Assembly: GCA_025558095.1 (NCBI GenBank)
Contig: JAIVFI010000003.1
Coordinates: forward strand, 124,001 to 188,000
Direction of reading: 5' to 3'
From: Hyaloraphidium curvatum SAG 235-1
Lineage: Eukaryota; Fungi; Monoblepharomycota
Length of the DNA: 64,000 nt
Position 1 is the stretch's first letter. Each line of letters begins with the position of its first letter. This document shows, piece by piece, positions 23,231 through 35,463 of this stretch. The notes under the pieces were generated by a model. It was given only the letters and a program-made list of their open reading frames with translations, was not told the origin of the DNA and ran no database searches. Position numbers and translations under genes: made by a program.

Positions 23231-23527
23231 TGTGCGCGAAACAGAGGAGGAAAGGGCGGCAAGAAAGTGGATATCGGAGGCCGGCTGCCTCGGGACAAAA
23301 GGGGAAAGGGTGGCGAGAGATTGGATCTGGGAGACAGGCGGCCGCGTGCGGGAGAAAGGGTTGATCCAGCGCAAGGCCCCTATGCGCTCAAGTGATCTGC
23401 ATCAAAATGGCATTCGTTCATCATTGAAATGTTCCTCCGATGTGGAGCAACATCCGAGCGAGGCTGCACGGCCACCACTTGGGCGGTCCGAATGTCCTCG
23501 AGCCACCATGGCCTCCCACCGGCGCAC

Positions 23528-24488
23528 CTAGTGCCTTCCGATGCCGTAGAGCCCTGACCTCAGCCCGTTCACCGCCAGCAGCCCTCCGTCGGCCACGATC
23601 CCCGCTCCCGTGACGTAAGACGATTCGTCGCTGGCGAGGAAGGTGACGACCCGCGCCATCTCGTCGGGGTCCGCCATGCGGCCAATGGGCTCCATCCCGG
23701 CGACGGCGTCCATGGCGGCCTTGTTCTGGCTGAGGTTCAAACCGTCGAAGATGTCTAGCGGGGGCCGGGGGAACGGACGATCAGCAGCCATCCGCCTCCC
23801 CGAATCCAAGCCACCCACTGGTATCGATGGCACCGGGCTGGAGCGCATTGACACGGATGTTGCGCGTCGACAGGTCGATCGCGGCCCACTTGACAAGCCC
23901 CATGCACGCGTGCTTGCTCATCGTGTAGGCGAAGGGTCCGAGGGTGCCGCTGGCTCCGGCGACCGACGCGGTGACGATGATGCTCGCCGTCTCCTTGATG
24001 CGCTTGTCCCGCTTGGCCATGCTCCGCACGACGGCTTTCATCCCGTAGTAGACGCCCGTCACGTTGACGGCCATGATCCTTTCGTAGACGTCGGTCGGGT
24101 GGTTTTCCATTGCCACCTCCCACTGCGGCTCCGAACCGATGCCGGCGTTCAGGAAAGCAACGTCCAGGGGGCCGAACTCCTTCTCCGCCGCCGCCACCGC
24201 GTCGCCCCACTGCGCCTCCCGGGTCACATCCAGCGGCACGAACACCGCCTTGGCGCCGGAGCCGTTGGCCTTGCTCTCCGCTTCGATCTTGGAGACGAGC
24301 TCCCGCCCGAGCCTTTCGTTGGCCGGGACGTCCGTGACGACCACGTTGGCGCCTTCCTGCGCGAGCCGGAGCGCGGTGGCGCGGCCCATGCCCTTGGGCG
24401 ACGCGGCGCCCGAGATGAGCGCCGTGCGCGGGAGGCCGACGCTGTGGTTGAACAGGCGCGGCGCGCGGCTGAGCATCTTGCTGGCCAT
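23528..24488 (-). CDS. Short-chain dehydrogenase/reductase, possible mitochondrial presequence, 1 intron
   Basis: [19 protein letters not shown] (YxxxK), IRVNALQPG and SSYVTG...DGG. Confidence 0.92.
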
Positions 24489-24766
24489 TGCAGGCGGTCG
24501 ATAATTCCGCGGCAAATTCGCTCGTTGGTGTACAGGAGTTGGGATTCGGCAGTGGGAGACGGTCGTTGCCACGCGCCACCACAGCCCCACCCGGCACGAC
24601 CAGCGTCATCCTGTGTGGAGTCGTGAATGAATACCAAAGTCGCTCCCATTGCAAGCATCACATCATCCGGTTATCGCCTCCTAAATCCGATTGTACGGCA
24701 CGAAAAGGCATTAACGCAATCGAGTGCGGGGACGAGCGTCCCCTGTCAAGTTCTTCGACCGCAAAG

Positions 24767-26044
24767 ATGTCCTTCCGCCACACTTTCCACGCTGCCGCCC
24801 GAGCTCCTGCGCCAGATCACGGCCCGGCTCTCGCTATGCGACCTGTACCGGCTCCGGGGGCTCTGTCGCGGCCTGTGCCGCGCCGCATCGGAGCTCTTCC
24901 TCAAGCGCGTCGCGTCGCGCGACTGGGCCGCTTTCGAAGGGGAGCTGCTGCTCGAAGAGCGCGGGTCGTTCAGGGTGACGCCGGCCAAGACCGCGTGCCA
25001 CCTCGATTTCGGACCGCTGCGCCCGTTTTCGGTCGGCAGGCTGCTCCGCAGGGCCGGCTTCGCGCCGCAATCGCAGAGGGCGGACGAGGCCATCAGCTGG
25101 TTCATGGAGGAGTCGGCCGCCGCCGCCGGACGCGTCGCAATCGGACTCGGCATGACGGAAGACGAAGTCGCTGAAGAGGCCGTTCGGCGCTTCTTCGTAC
25201 TGCAGGAGTGCGACGACCAAAAGGACATCGCCAGGCTCTCGGACCTGGCCCAAAAGATGAGGATCTTTGTGCGCCACGCCGGTTTCCCGGATGGAGACGC
25301 CCTGGTCTGGAAAATGGTGGAAGCTGCGTGGACAACGGCCGAGACGTACGACCACTTCGGCTCTGGTTACGCCCTGACGGTCCTCCTCCACGGAAGCGAT
25401 CTCCTGTCCTGGTGCCGCGAGGAGCTCGCCTCGGGTGCACGTCGCTTCTACAAGTGGGCCGGCATTTGTGGCAGCGAAGCTCTCACGGGCTTCACCAGAT
25501 CACTCATGTGGATGGCCTACGCGGTCGACGGGATCGAGTACCGTGACATCGGGCGTTTCCTTGCTCTTACCGAGGATCTTCAGCTGGCGGATAAGGTCCG
25601 TGTTCTGGACCTCATCCGCGGAGACTGGACCGACACCCGAATGTCGCCGTCGAGGTCCTGCAGGGAGCCCTGGCCGAAGCGAACGAGGATGCCGCCCGTG
25701 CTCTCTTCGACGCCATCGCGTCGGAACCGCTGCTGCTGTGCCATGCCGTCGTGCACGTGCTGCTTCGCAACCCCTCGCTCCCCGGCATCGACCTGCAATC
25801 CCCCTTGGGCCCCCTGGGAAGCGCCGAGAAACCCATTGCCGAGGACATCGTGTTTGCCGAACGGTTCGCAGCCCTCACCCTGCAGTCGGATCCTCCCCGG
25901 GAGAACGTCGAGGCGTTCGTGGCTGCGAACGGGCTCCGCGGTGCGCCGGTGTGGAAGGAGGTGGCCGCCGCCGTCGCGGAACGGGCCCGTCGGCGGGGCA
26001 TCGAGGCGGCGGGCACGTGGAAGCTGGAAGAGCTGCTAAGCTGA
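24767..26044 (+). pseudogene. F-box family X paralog 1 (frameshifted)
   Basis: LSTLPPELLRQI F-box; collinear with 38808-40103. Shifts needed just after the ATG at 24767 (or an upstream ATG at 24627 is used) and at ~25634. Confidence 0.75.
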
Positions 26045-26314
26045 TGCGGATCCGCGAAGCTTTGGGAGGCGGCCGGCCGGGGCGAGCCTGCTGTTGCGAT
26101 GCCGCCACCGTCTCGAAGCGTGTCTGACCGAGGGCGGTTGAAGAGAATATCTGTAGCGTGGGATGGGCTTGATCGATGATACCAAGAGCCACCTTTCTGC
26201 AGTCAAATCCAGCTCCGCCGCCTCGGCTGCTGTGCAGCGGGGGCACCGGCGGAAAATCCGTCGCGCCCGACAAGAACCCCGAATCGTCCTCCCTGCCGCG
26301 CCTCCTCCACCGCC

Positions 26315-27805
26315 ATGCCGCCCAGACGGAGGCGCGTAGCAGGCGACAATGCCGCTGCGGACGACGTTCCCGGCCCGGCACCGGCGGAACCCACCGGCGA
26401 GGCGGTCCTTTGCGAGCTCCGCCGTTCCGGCCCCTCGCGCAGCAACGCCCTCCTCCAGGCCGCGCTATTCCTGTGCCTCGTCGGCTTCACGTGGCTTCTG
26501 GCCGTTGCTCCGCCCGCGGCACATGGCCTTGCCCGCACAGCGCGGCTCCCGCAGCCGCTGACGGCCATCGGCGTCTCCCACTGGACCCGCGCCGCGCCGC
26601 TGCACGCCGCAAACAGGACGCACGCGTGGCAGCTGGGCGAGATCGAGGGACGGCTGGCCGCGGCCATCGAGAACGCGGGCAAGGGTCCCGTCCTGGACGC
26701 AATTTTGGGCAGGGTGAGGGAGCTGGCCGGGCAGACCGTCGACGGAGACGCAGAAGCGGTGCTGGCCGCGCTCAGGGCGGCCAGGGCGACGACCGCGGAC
26801 CTGGACAGGGGCAGAGGCTCCCTGTCGTTCCTCAAGCGCGTGTTCAACCTCGTCAACGCCATGTGGGCCGTCGGCATCATCGGCGTCACCATCTCTCTCG
26901 CGCCGGTCCTGGCCGCGTTCCTGCCCACGATCATCGGCGCCTTGATCGGCATCCTGCGGAGCCTGTGGAGCGTGTTCGGCCCCATCATCATTCTACTCTT
27001 TGTTTACGGTTGGCGGCCTGCACTCTACCTGCTCGCGGCCTCGTCCTTTGGTTCCGTCGACGACCAAGACATCTCGGTGGACGTTCGGATCTACTCGGCC
27101 ATGCTCGTGGCCCTCCTTTCGTCGAGCGCCGCGTCGTGGACCATGGCAGAGCTGTATTCCGTCGCGGTGCTGGAACGGGAGCCGGCCAACGCCTTGGCGA
27201 TGCTCGCCCCGGGCGCGCTGCTCGCGCCGCTGGCCCACATCACCGGCTCCCGCCTCCTCGGCTTCCTCACAGTCGTCTCCATATTCTCCGCCCTCGGTGC
27301 CGGCATGCAGGCCTTCCCCGGCGGATACGTTGTCGGCTTCGGCTCCAAGAGCGCGCTTAACCGCAGCCTGGCCGCCGCCTGCATGCTCACCGTCGCCACG
27401 GCCGCGATCCAGGCCCTCGGCACCGACGCCCACCGCGCCCTCCTCGCCCCCTTCTCCCCGGGCCTGCAGACGTTCGGCGCCTCGGTGTACTACCTCGCCC
27501 TCCTCATCCGCTCCTCCTCGGTCTACATGGGCTTCCAACCTCAATTCGCGGGCGGCATGCTGGCCTCCCTCGTCCTGGGCGCGCTCGCCGGCACCGTGGG
27601 CACCGGCCTGTCGTACCTGCAGAACACCGCGTTCGTGTTCGCCTACCTGTTCGCGCTGGACGCGGCCATGTGGCTCGGGTCGGGGGTGAGCTTCTGGCTG
27701 GGGGTGCTGGTGGCCAGCTGCGGGATGGTGGGGGCCGCGTACGCCGCGCATAGGTATCCGGCGGTGCTCGAGGCGTTGTACGGCATGGTGCCGGGGTCGG
27801 GATAG
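26315..27805 (+). CDS. Hypothetical multi-pass membrane protein, intronless
   Basis: 496-aa ORF with ~11-13 hydrophobic segments and a helical loop; strong codon bias. Confidence 0.75.
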   Translation: MPPRRRRVAGDNAAADDVPGPAPAEPTGEAVLCELRRSGPSRSNALLQAALFLCLVGFTWLLAVAPPAAHGLARTARLPQPLTAIGVSHWTRAAPLHAANRTHAWQLGEIEGRLAAAIENAGKGPVLDAILGRVRELAGQTVDGDAEAVLAALRAARATTADLDRGRGSLSFLKRVFNLVNAMWAVGIIGVTISLAPVLAAFLPTIIGALIGILRSLWSVFGPIIILLFVYGWRPALYLLAASSFGSVDDQDISVDVRIYSAMLVALLSSSAASWTMAELYSVAVLEREPANALAMLAPGALLAPLAHITGSRLLGFLTVVSIFSALGAGMQAFPGGYVVGFGSKSALNRSLAAACMLTVATAAIQALGTDAHRALLAPFSPGLQTFGASVYYLALLIRSSSVYMGFQPQFAGGMLASLVLGALAGTVGTGLSYLQNTAFVFAYLFALDAAMWLGSGVSFWLGVLVASCGMVGAAYAAHRYPAVLEALYGMVPGSG

Positions 27806-28089
27806 GGGGACCGAGCGTATCGACTCTGCTGTTGTGGTCGGGCGAGGATGAACGAGGCCACTCCAGGTCAAAGCCCTGTCTCTCTGCACCCCTGACTGGC
27901 ATGATGCGGGATCAGGATAGGGAAAGCTGAGGTATACGATCACGGTTGTGGCTGGCGAGGCGAGGCTGCACCGATCCGAGCCCGATCGGTGCCCTGTCTC
28001 CCCGCACCCCGTCCAACCTTCCAAACGCGAGAAACGCCGAGTTCGACCCCGCCTGCGCGCGCGACGGCACTTCTCCGCACCCCGCCGCC

Positions 28090-29648
28090 ATGTTCACGGA
28101 ACGGGAATGGCTGGTCATGTTCCCTCGGGAGCCTGCCCCCTTCGCGGGGCCGTCCCTCGTCGACCGCCCCGCCGACCCCGCCAAAGCCCTCCGTGAAAGC
28201 GACCCGCTGACCCGCCGCAATTTCCTCGCTGCACTGGCGCCCTGGCCGCTCGTGCGGAACCTTGTGCGGGTGCAGCTCGCGCTGACGCCGTACGTCTCGC
28301 GCGTCGCCCTGCGGTTCGGCCCCTCGGCCCTGTTCACGGGCACCGTGCTGGCGGGTACGGTGGTCCTCAACGCGGGGACCTTCCGTGCGTTCCATACGGC
28401 GCAGCTCGCCGTCGGCATCGCGTCGGTGAGCCTCTTCTTCCTCACCACCCTGGTGATTGCCTTGTATTCGCGCGGGTTCCAGAGCCTGATCACGCTGCCG
28501 ACCTTTCGGGGGACCAGAGGGACCTCCGGGACTTCCGGATCGGCATCGGCGGAATACGGGTGGCATCCGTTTGCCACCATGGCCCGTTATCAGCAGTTGC
28601 TCTCGGACGGCTCGAAAGGACCCGTCGACAGCGATCCGGAAGCAAAAGAAAGCTCGCTCATAAATGAATCCGGAGCGTCTCTTCTCTTCCAGCACGATTC
28701 CGACGACTCCCATTGCCCTTGCTCGGATTGTACGCGAGCGCTGACGGATCGTGCCGGTCCGTTCCAGCTTCTTGAAATCAGCCTTCGGGTCTTGACCCTC
28801 GACGTCTTGGTTATGTTTGCGGTTTGGACGCCGTTTGTTTCTTTTGGGGCCGAATACTGGAGAATTTGGTGGTGTGCCCTGTTCGGCGCGTTCTTTGTTC
28901 TGAACGTGCTCGACCTGAACACCCTGAACGCTCTTGTTCGCTTCACGGACAACGTCGCCGTCATCCTTCTGAAGCAGCGGGTGCGACGCAGGGCCGTCGT
29001 CCTGGCACTGCGCGACTTCTACCGCCGGCTGAGGGCCTCGCTCGACGGAGAGGAGTCTGAGCTCGCCGATCCGGCCTCCGAACCCCATGTGGTGCTCCAC
29101 GCATTCCTGGCGGACGCTTGGCAGCGCGGATTCGTGACTTTCTCGTCGGGCGGGCTGTCGACCATAGTGATCTACTGCGTCGCGCCGACCGTTGGCGCCA
29201 TGGCCAACCTGGTGGGTGGATCGCGGACCCCGGCCCTCCGTTTCCGACCCCGTTCCAGATCGCAGGCAACTGCATCCCGGTTTGGATTCCACTCGCCTGG
29301 CTCCGATACCTCCTCCTCCTCGCCATCGACCTCGTCAACCACTCCGTGGCCAACAACGAGCTCGACGTCGTCCGCAGCATGTACGTCGACGCCCGCGCAT
29401 CCCTCCGTCTCGCGATACCGCGGGCCAAGGGCGACCTCCGTTCCCTCATGGAGGACCACGACCGCATCCTGGCCTCGCTGGAGCGCAACGAGCGCTACAG
29501 GGCGCGGTTCCTCGGGTTCGCGGTGGACTTTGCGGTTGCGAGGACGGTCGCGCTGACGCTGTTCACGGTGGGGATCGGGCTGTGGAGCGTGCTGCGGTCG
29601 TCGGGGGTGTACCTGACGGTGGAGATGGCGTGTTCATCCGATCGGTGA
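28090..29648 (+). CDS. 7TM protein, gustatory-receptor-like/DUF3537-like candidate, paralog A; intron 29212-29258
   Basis: Seven TM segments, HDSDDSHCPCSDC loop and C-terminal RARFLGFAVDFAVARTVALTLFTVGIGLW. Confidence 0.75.
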
Positions 29649-29696
29649 GCGGGAACAATAGAAGGTATTTACAGTATTGAGCGGGCAATCTGGGCT

Positions 29697-30963
29697 TTAC
29701 ACGGCAATGCTGGCTGCCAGGACAAAGACGGCGAGGGCGAGGGGAGCGGAGAAGGTTCCGGCTCCCCGGCGCCCGCTGCTCGGCACACTGCTTGCGGATG
29801 CCGACGCCGTAGCAGACGCGGTCGAAGCAGCCGCAGCAGAAGAAGAAGCCGTCGTCGACGCCGCCACGATCGTGGTCTCCGTCCCCTCCACCGCCGCGAA
29901 CGCGTTCACGTCCGCCACGGCGTACCCCAGCTTCCCCGTCAGCGTCGCCCAGAACGCCGCGTCCGTCCCCGGCTGCACGCAGACCTTGCCCCCGCACCCT
30001 TTGGTGCACTGCAGCGTCGCGTCGGTGTTCACATCGGCGCACTGCCCGTTCGCCGGCCCCGTGCAGCCCAGGTAGTACGGGGCCGCCTTGCGCGCGTGGT
30101 AGTGGTACACGATCCGGCCCTCCGTTTCGCCGAGGTTTGGGTTGCCGGCGGGGACGGGGCCCCAGTGGCCGCCGCATTCGTCGACGACGGGGGTGCTGCC
30201 GTTGATGTCGAAGTAGCCGTAGATCCCGTGGCCGTCAGAGGCGTAGCCGATGAGGGGGGAGTGGGTGGTCGAGGTGATGTTCGGGAAGTAGCAGTCGGCG
30301 GCCTGCGGCAAGGCGTCAGTGGGAGAGAACCGGGCTGCGGCGTGGCGGAATCACCTTGTGGTAGTGCTGCACGGAGTCAATGAACCCCGGGGTGACGTGG
30401 CCGCCGCACGTGAACGGGAACCCCGTATCGTCGACATCGACCCCTCCGGCGTCCGTAGGTCCGTAGATGGGCGTCCCGGCAACGAGGTACCCCAAGTCCC
30501 CGGCCTTTCCCACGGGCACGTGGTCCGCGCCGCCCGTCTCGGGGGCGATGGGCACGGAAAACGTCGCGGTCTTGGGCGACGGGCAGTCGCCGGGGTAGGC
30601 GCACAGGCACGAGCTCCACCCGAGCTTGGAGCACTCGGAGTCGGTCACGCAGTACGACTCGTTGTAGCCTTTGGGACAATAAGGATATACGGCGTAGTCC
30701 GGCAGGCTGTTTGTCGTCAGCGTCCTGTGCGTCGCGTTGGTCGACCAGACGGCCACGCGCGCGGGGAGGTCGCAGGGGTCCGTGTGCAGCCCGGACTTGG
30801 GGAGGTACGCGCGGCCGGCCCAGCTCGACACGTTGGCGGAGCACGAGGCGCCGCCCGCGCCGCCCATGCCGCCGGGGCCGCCGGGTGGCGGACCGACGGG
30901 TTGGGCGGCGGCGGCGGCGGCGAGGGCGAGGACGAGGACGCCGGCGAGTTTGAACGAAGCCAT
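29697..30963 (-). CDS. Secreted, probably GPI-anchored Cys-rich YHYH-domain protein; intron 30303-30354
   Basis: Signal peptide; CGGH..QHYH and DECGGH..VYHYH; IGYASDGHGIYG; Ser/Ala-rich stalk and hydrophobic tail. Confidence 0.8.
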
Positions 30964-31213
30964 GGCGGTTCGGAAGGCGTTGCGGACCTGCGCCGGTCGT
31001 TCGAGCCCCGCCTTTTTGAGCCGGGACGTTGCTGATGCTTCGGGTCCAGCGATTGTTCCCGGCTGGACTCAGCGTCCGTGCACAGCACCCGTCACCGCGC
31101 TCCCCCGAGGGTTTCCGCGCCGTCCCCCACACGTCATGCACTCAGCGACCTCTCCTCCGAAGCTATTGGGTTTTTGACGTGGCGGGCGTCGCAGGACCTG
31201 GAATGGGAGTTGA

Positions 31214-31659
31214 CTGCTCGCTTTTATATCTGTGGGATGTGGCTGTGCGCTCCCCTCGGGGAGTCCCCAGGGAGTCCCCAGGGAGTCGCCAGGGAGTCCC
31301 CAGGGAGTCGCCAGGGAGTCCCCAGGGAGTCGCCAGGGAGTCGCCAGGGAGTCTCCGGGGAGTCGCTTACGAAGCAAGCAATAATCACGCGCGTGGGCGA
31401 GGGCGTCGATCCCCAACAGGAGGCGACGGAGGCGACGGAGGCGAGTGATGGAGGCGATGGAAACGACGGGCGGATTGTTGGGGATCAGACGCCCTCGCCC
31501 ACGCGGGCTCTCGTTTTGGGATCGCCGGGGCTAGTGTGGAGGAACTGCGCAGTCGTTTGCTGCGCAGTCGGCTAAAGCAGTCGCGACGGCGTCGCAACGG
31601 CGTCGCAACGGCGTCGCGACGGCGCACAGCCACATCCCACACATATATAAAGCGCGCAG
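31214..31659. mobile_element. MITE-like element with terminal inverted repeats, an inner inverted repeat and minisatellites
   Basis: TGTGGGATGTGGCTGTGCGC (31231-31250) is the exact reverse complement of 31622-31641, extending imperfectly to ~37 bp. Inner IR at 31390-31418 / 31476-31505. Confidence 0.75.
31259..31366 (+). repeat. 11-bp minisatellite GGGAGTC(C/G)CCA x10
   Basis: GGAGTC recurs every 11 nt from 31260 to 31359. Confidence 0.95.
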
Positions 31660-31989
31660 CTGCGCACGTAGAATCTTTACCGAAGTCACTCATCTCTGAG
31701 CCCGCCGTGCGAAAGGCCGCAGCCGTCACTCCGAACCCTTGAGCTACACGTCGCCAAGCGCGGTCCCGCGCTGTCACGGATACCAGCCCGCGCCCGGACC
31801 ATAAAGGGCCGCCAGCTTGTAGAGGCGAAATCACCGTAGTCAGAGAGGCTGCCCTCACTCTTGCTGTGACCGACGATCGGCGAGGCCGTGGCGACGCTGT
31901 GGCCGAGGACGGGTTCCAGTTGAGACGGTCCGCCAAATCGTCACTCCATAAGACCCCCATTCCGGCCTTCCCGGCCCGCGGGCCCGGCA

Positions 31990-34122
31990 ATGGACGGCTC
32001 CTCGCCTTGGGGCTCGCCCAGCGGCGCGGGCGGGGCGGGCGGCGGGCGGCCGCCGGGGTCGCCGGGCGGGCGCGGAGGGCGACGTGCCCCGCCGCGGCCG
32101 CCATCGAGGGATCACCCGCTCGACCGGTTCTACAACGCGGCCCGCCCGCATGTTCCGAGCCCGTTAAATACCCCGGCAAGTGGCGGAGCGGCATTCGTAG
32201 GAACCGGCGGCGGGAGCGGGGCCGATGGGTCGCCCCCCCCGCGCCCCCAGAACCCGGCGCCGCAGACGGCAGCGGGCCCCTCGAACGCCCCGCGACCGTC
32301 AATTTTTGGTCTGCAAGGACGGACCGCGGCCGCTCCCGCGCGCATGGGGCTGCAGCCGGACCTGGGGCCGGCGGAAGGGGCAGACGGCCCGCCGGCAAAG
32401 CGCCGCAAGGCAAGCGGCGGGCTGCGCGTGGATATCGACCTCTCCGACGATGACTTCGACGCGGGAGCGGCACAGCCACTATCGGCCCCGGTGACCGGGC
32501 CCGCTCCGCCGGCGGGCCCTCTTCCGTTGGCCCGGAGCGCGACGACCGGCGCCCTCCCCAGGCCCTCCATCGCCACGCGGACATCCAGCGCCCCGGTCAT
32601 TACCTCGTCGGGCGCGGTGCTTAACTTGCAGCGGGGTTACGGCGGCAGGGACGGCCTCCTGGTCGCGATCCGGAGCGGGAGCCTGTTGGCGGCCGAGCAG
32701 ATCATGCTGCTGCTGCGAGAGCACTGCCCGGAGGCGGACCCGGCGCTGCTCCAGGAAGCCGAGGCCGCGTACGCGTCGCAGATCGTTCCCACCAACCCCG
32801 CGGGATCCCCCACCGCCCGCCCACCAGCCACCAAGAGGTCGGCGTCCCTCAACCTTCTCGGCAATCTCGGCAAGAGGGATACCGCGGCCCTTTCGGCAAG
32901 CGCCGCCCGGGCAGGGCTCGTTGTCCAGCCTGCGCCGGTGGTTCCGGCGCCAAACGGCGCTGCCGTTCCCAACGCGCGTACCCTCGGTACTTTGCCGGCG
33001 TTCTTTGTTTCCCCACTGGGACGGCAGCTCGCTGCGATGAGCACGGCAACCCCCCCTGCCGGCGCCGGTCGGAAGGATCCCGCGCCTCCTTCAGCCGCCT
33101 TTGCTCCGGCCGGGCTCTTCAACCGGCAGGCTGCGCAGGCCGTTCCCGCGCCGGCCGCCGATGCCCCGCACCTAGCTCTGGCTCTGGCGGGCGGCGGCGC
33201 GGCGCGGCACGTTGCCCCCGCGGTGGACCTGAGCTCTTTGCGGCAGGCCCGTGCGGGGAACGCGGCGGCAGGCGGCGCGGTTGCTTCGCCGGCAAAGCAG
33301 GGTGCCGCGGCGGGCGGTTCCGCGAACGCCGACCCGCAGCGCGCCGTGCCTTTCGACATCGACTCTTACATGTCGCAGGTTCGCGCGGCTCGATCCGCGG
33401 GCCGCAACGCGGCGGCTGGCGGAGCACAGCCGGCGGCGGCAAACCAGGGGACCGTGGCGCCCGCAGCCTTGCAGCTTGGCCCCCCCGCTCAGGTCCAGGG
33501 CAAGGCGCCCGCGCAGCAGCAGCTTCCGAGGAGTGCCCAGCTGCAGCACCTGCAGACGCAGCTGAGCCCGTTTCAGGTGGAGGTAGCTGCGCAGGCGTCG
33601 CAGCATGCGCGCCTGGCGCAGCGGCAGGGTACCGCCAAGGGAGGCACCGCGGGGCATGCTACGGCACCTGCCGCTCGCCCCGCCGCCCCCGCCGCCCCCA
33701 ACCCCGCTCCCGGCCCATCCGACCCGCACCGCGAGCTCCGCCACCTCCTGGACGAATCGCACCAGCCGCACGCCGAAGCCATCGCGAGCCTCCGCTCCAT
33801 GGGCTTCCCCCTCGTCCGCATCCTCGCGGTGCTGGACTCCATCCTCGCCCGCGGGGCGCACCCGGGCCTGGAGGCGGTGCTGGACGGCCTCACCGAGCCG
33901 GCACCGGCGGAACAGGAGGCCCCCGCCCCTCCCCCGCCGGAACCGGCAAAGGAAGCGCGGAACGAGTGCGTGATCTGCCTCTCGGCGCCGTGCACCCGCG
34001 CGGTGATCCCGTGCGGACACCAGTCGCTGTGCGAGGACTGCGTGGGGATGGCGGCGGGGATGGGGGAGTGCCCCGTGTGCAGGGGGGAGTGGAAGGGGAC
34101 GCTGAGGATATTCCAGGCATGA
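31990..34122 (+). CDS. Low-complexity protein with C-terminal UBA-like and RING (zf-C3HC4_3) domains; putative E3 ligase
   Basis: LRSMGFP (UBA); ECVICL...PCGHQSLCEDC...CPVCR. Confidence 0.8.
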   Translation: MDGSSPWGSPSGAGGAGGGRPPGSPGGRGGRRAPPRPPSRDHPLDRFYNAARPHVPSPLNTPASGGAAFVGTGGGSGADGSPPPRPQNPAPQTAAGPSNAPRPSIFGLQGRTAAAPARMGLQPDLGPAEGADGPPAKRRKASGGLRVDIDLSDDDFDAGAAQPLSAPVTGPAPPAGPLPLARSATTGALPRPSIATRTSSAPVITSSGAVLNLQRGYGGRDGLLVAIRSGSLLAAEQIMLLLREHCPEADPALLQEAEAAYASQIVPTNPAGSPTARPPATKRSASLNLLGNLGKRDTAALSASAARAGLVVQPAPVVPAPNGAAVPNARTLGTLPAFFVSPLGRQLAAMSTATPPAGAGRKDPAPPSAAFAPAGLFNRQAAQAVPAPAADAPHLALALAGGGAARHVAPAVDLSSLRQARAGNAAAGGAVASPAKQGAAAGGSANADPQRAVPFDIDSYMSQVRAARSAGRNAAAGGAQPAAANQGTVAPAALQLGPPAQVQGKAPAQQQLPRSAQLQHLQTQLSPFQVEVAAQASQHARLAQRQGTAKGGTAGHATAPAARPAAPAAPNPAPGPSDPHRELRHLLDESHQPHAEAIASLRSMGFPLVRILAVLDSILARGAHPGLEAVLDGLTEPAPAEQEAPAPPPPEPAKEARNECVICLSAPCTRAVIPCGHQSLCEDCVGMAAGMGECPVCRGEWKGTLRIFQA

Positions 34123-34198
34123 TGGCCGGGGGCGGGAGTCTATTCGGTGTGCGGTTGCGGGAATGGGAACACGCGCTGTGCCTTTCGTCCGTTTTGGG

Positions 34199-35463
34199 TC
34201 AACGGAACAGGCCCTCCAGGAACCGGTTTCCCGCACCGTGGCGCGCTGCCGCGTCCTGCCAGACGGGGCTTCTGCGCAGGCCGTTGGCCGTGGCGAAGGC
34301 TTCCACCTTGGCTTTCGGCGCGTTCGCCCGTATCACCGCGTCGGTAAAGTGGTGGGCGGAGCGGGCGCTCTGCGCCACCGGAACAGGGTCGTTGCGAGGT
34401 CCGACGGGGCCGAGCGGGGCCAGAGGGTCGACGAGGGGGATCGGTCCCTTGCGGAACAGGAGGAAGACTATGACGTAGCTCAGGAGAAAGGGCCGCTGCC
34501 TGAAGGCGTCGTAAAGGGTCCGCGCCGCCGATGCGCCGGCCCTGTAGAGGGCGCCGTGGAACAGTTCCAAGGCATCCTTGGGGGAGTCGGCGTACGCGCG
34601 GATATCGTCCAGCACGAGGACCTTGTCGTCCAGCGAAAGCACGCCGGAAAGTGCCAGGGAGCGGCCGACCTCCTGGGCATCACCGAGGGGGTGTTGGATC
34701 ATCCACTCGAGGGCCAGGGCGAGGAAGCGGATGCGCGTCCAGCCGTCGGTTGTCGAACCGCCCGCCCAGGCGTGGATGGTGGCAAGCCCGGACGCGAGCT
34801 CGTCCCTGCGAAACTGGTTCACGTCCCCGCGGTGCAGGTGGGCGGCGACGTCGAGGCCCACGTGGAGGTGTGAGGGGGCGTTCCAACTGCTCCACAGGGC
34901 CGCGCGAGCCACTGTCTCGACCAGGACATCCCCGGAGAGGCCAGATCGGCGCATGAGCACCCGAAGCTTGCCCGCCAGTGCCGACGGCAGGGTTCGGCCG
35001 ATGGCATCCGGTGCCTGCCCTGCAAACACGACCCGGGCTGCCGCACCGGCGAGCTCCTCCTCGTCCATCGCCATCCCGGCCACCAGCCGCGATGCTGCCG
35101 CAATCGACTCGTCCGGGAAAAAAGCCAGAGCGGCGTCGGCCTTTTCCGAGCCCGGCGGGACGCCCGCCGCGCGGAGCAGCCTTCCGAGCGAAAACGGCCG
35201 CACCGGGCCGAGGTCCAGGTGCACACGGCGCCGGGGGGCTCCACGCGGAACGCGCCGCGCTCGCCGCGCAGCAGGTCGAGCAGCTCGGCGGGGGAGGGGA
35301 GCGATTTGACGTGTTCAATAAAGAGGTCCGAAGCGGCGGGGCCGACGGCGCGGCAGAGGGAACGCAGGCGGTACAGCGCGCGTAGGGACAAACGGGATGC
35401 AATCTGACGGAAAATCTCGGGCGGGAGTGACGCGAGGGTAGTCGATTCCTCGACGGCGGCCAT
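34199..35463 (-). pseudogene. F-box family X paralog 2 (one frameshift)
   Basis: LASLPPEIFRQI. TGCACCTG at ~35222 lacks one C relative to the CHLD of paralog 1; otherwise collinear. Confidence 0.75.

Noticed and set aside
31259-31366. Possible CRISPR array
   Set aside because: Contiguous 11-bp units without unique spacers, no cas genes, eukaryotic context.
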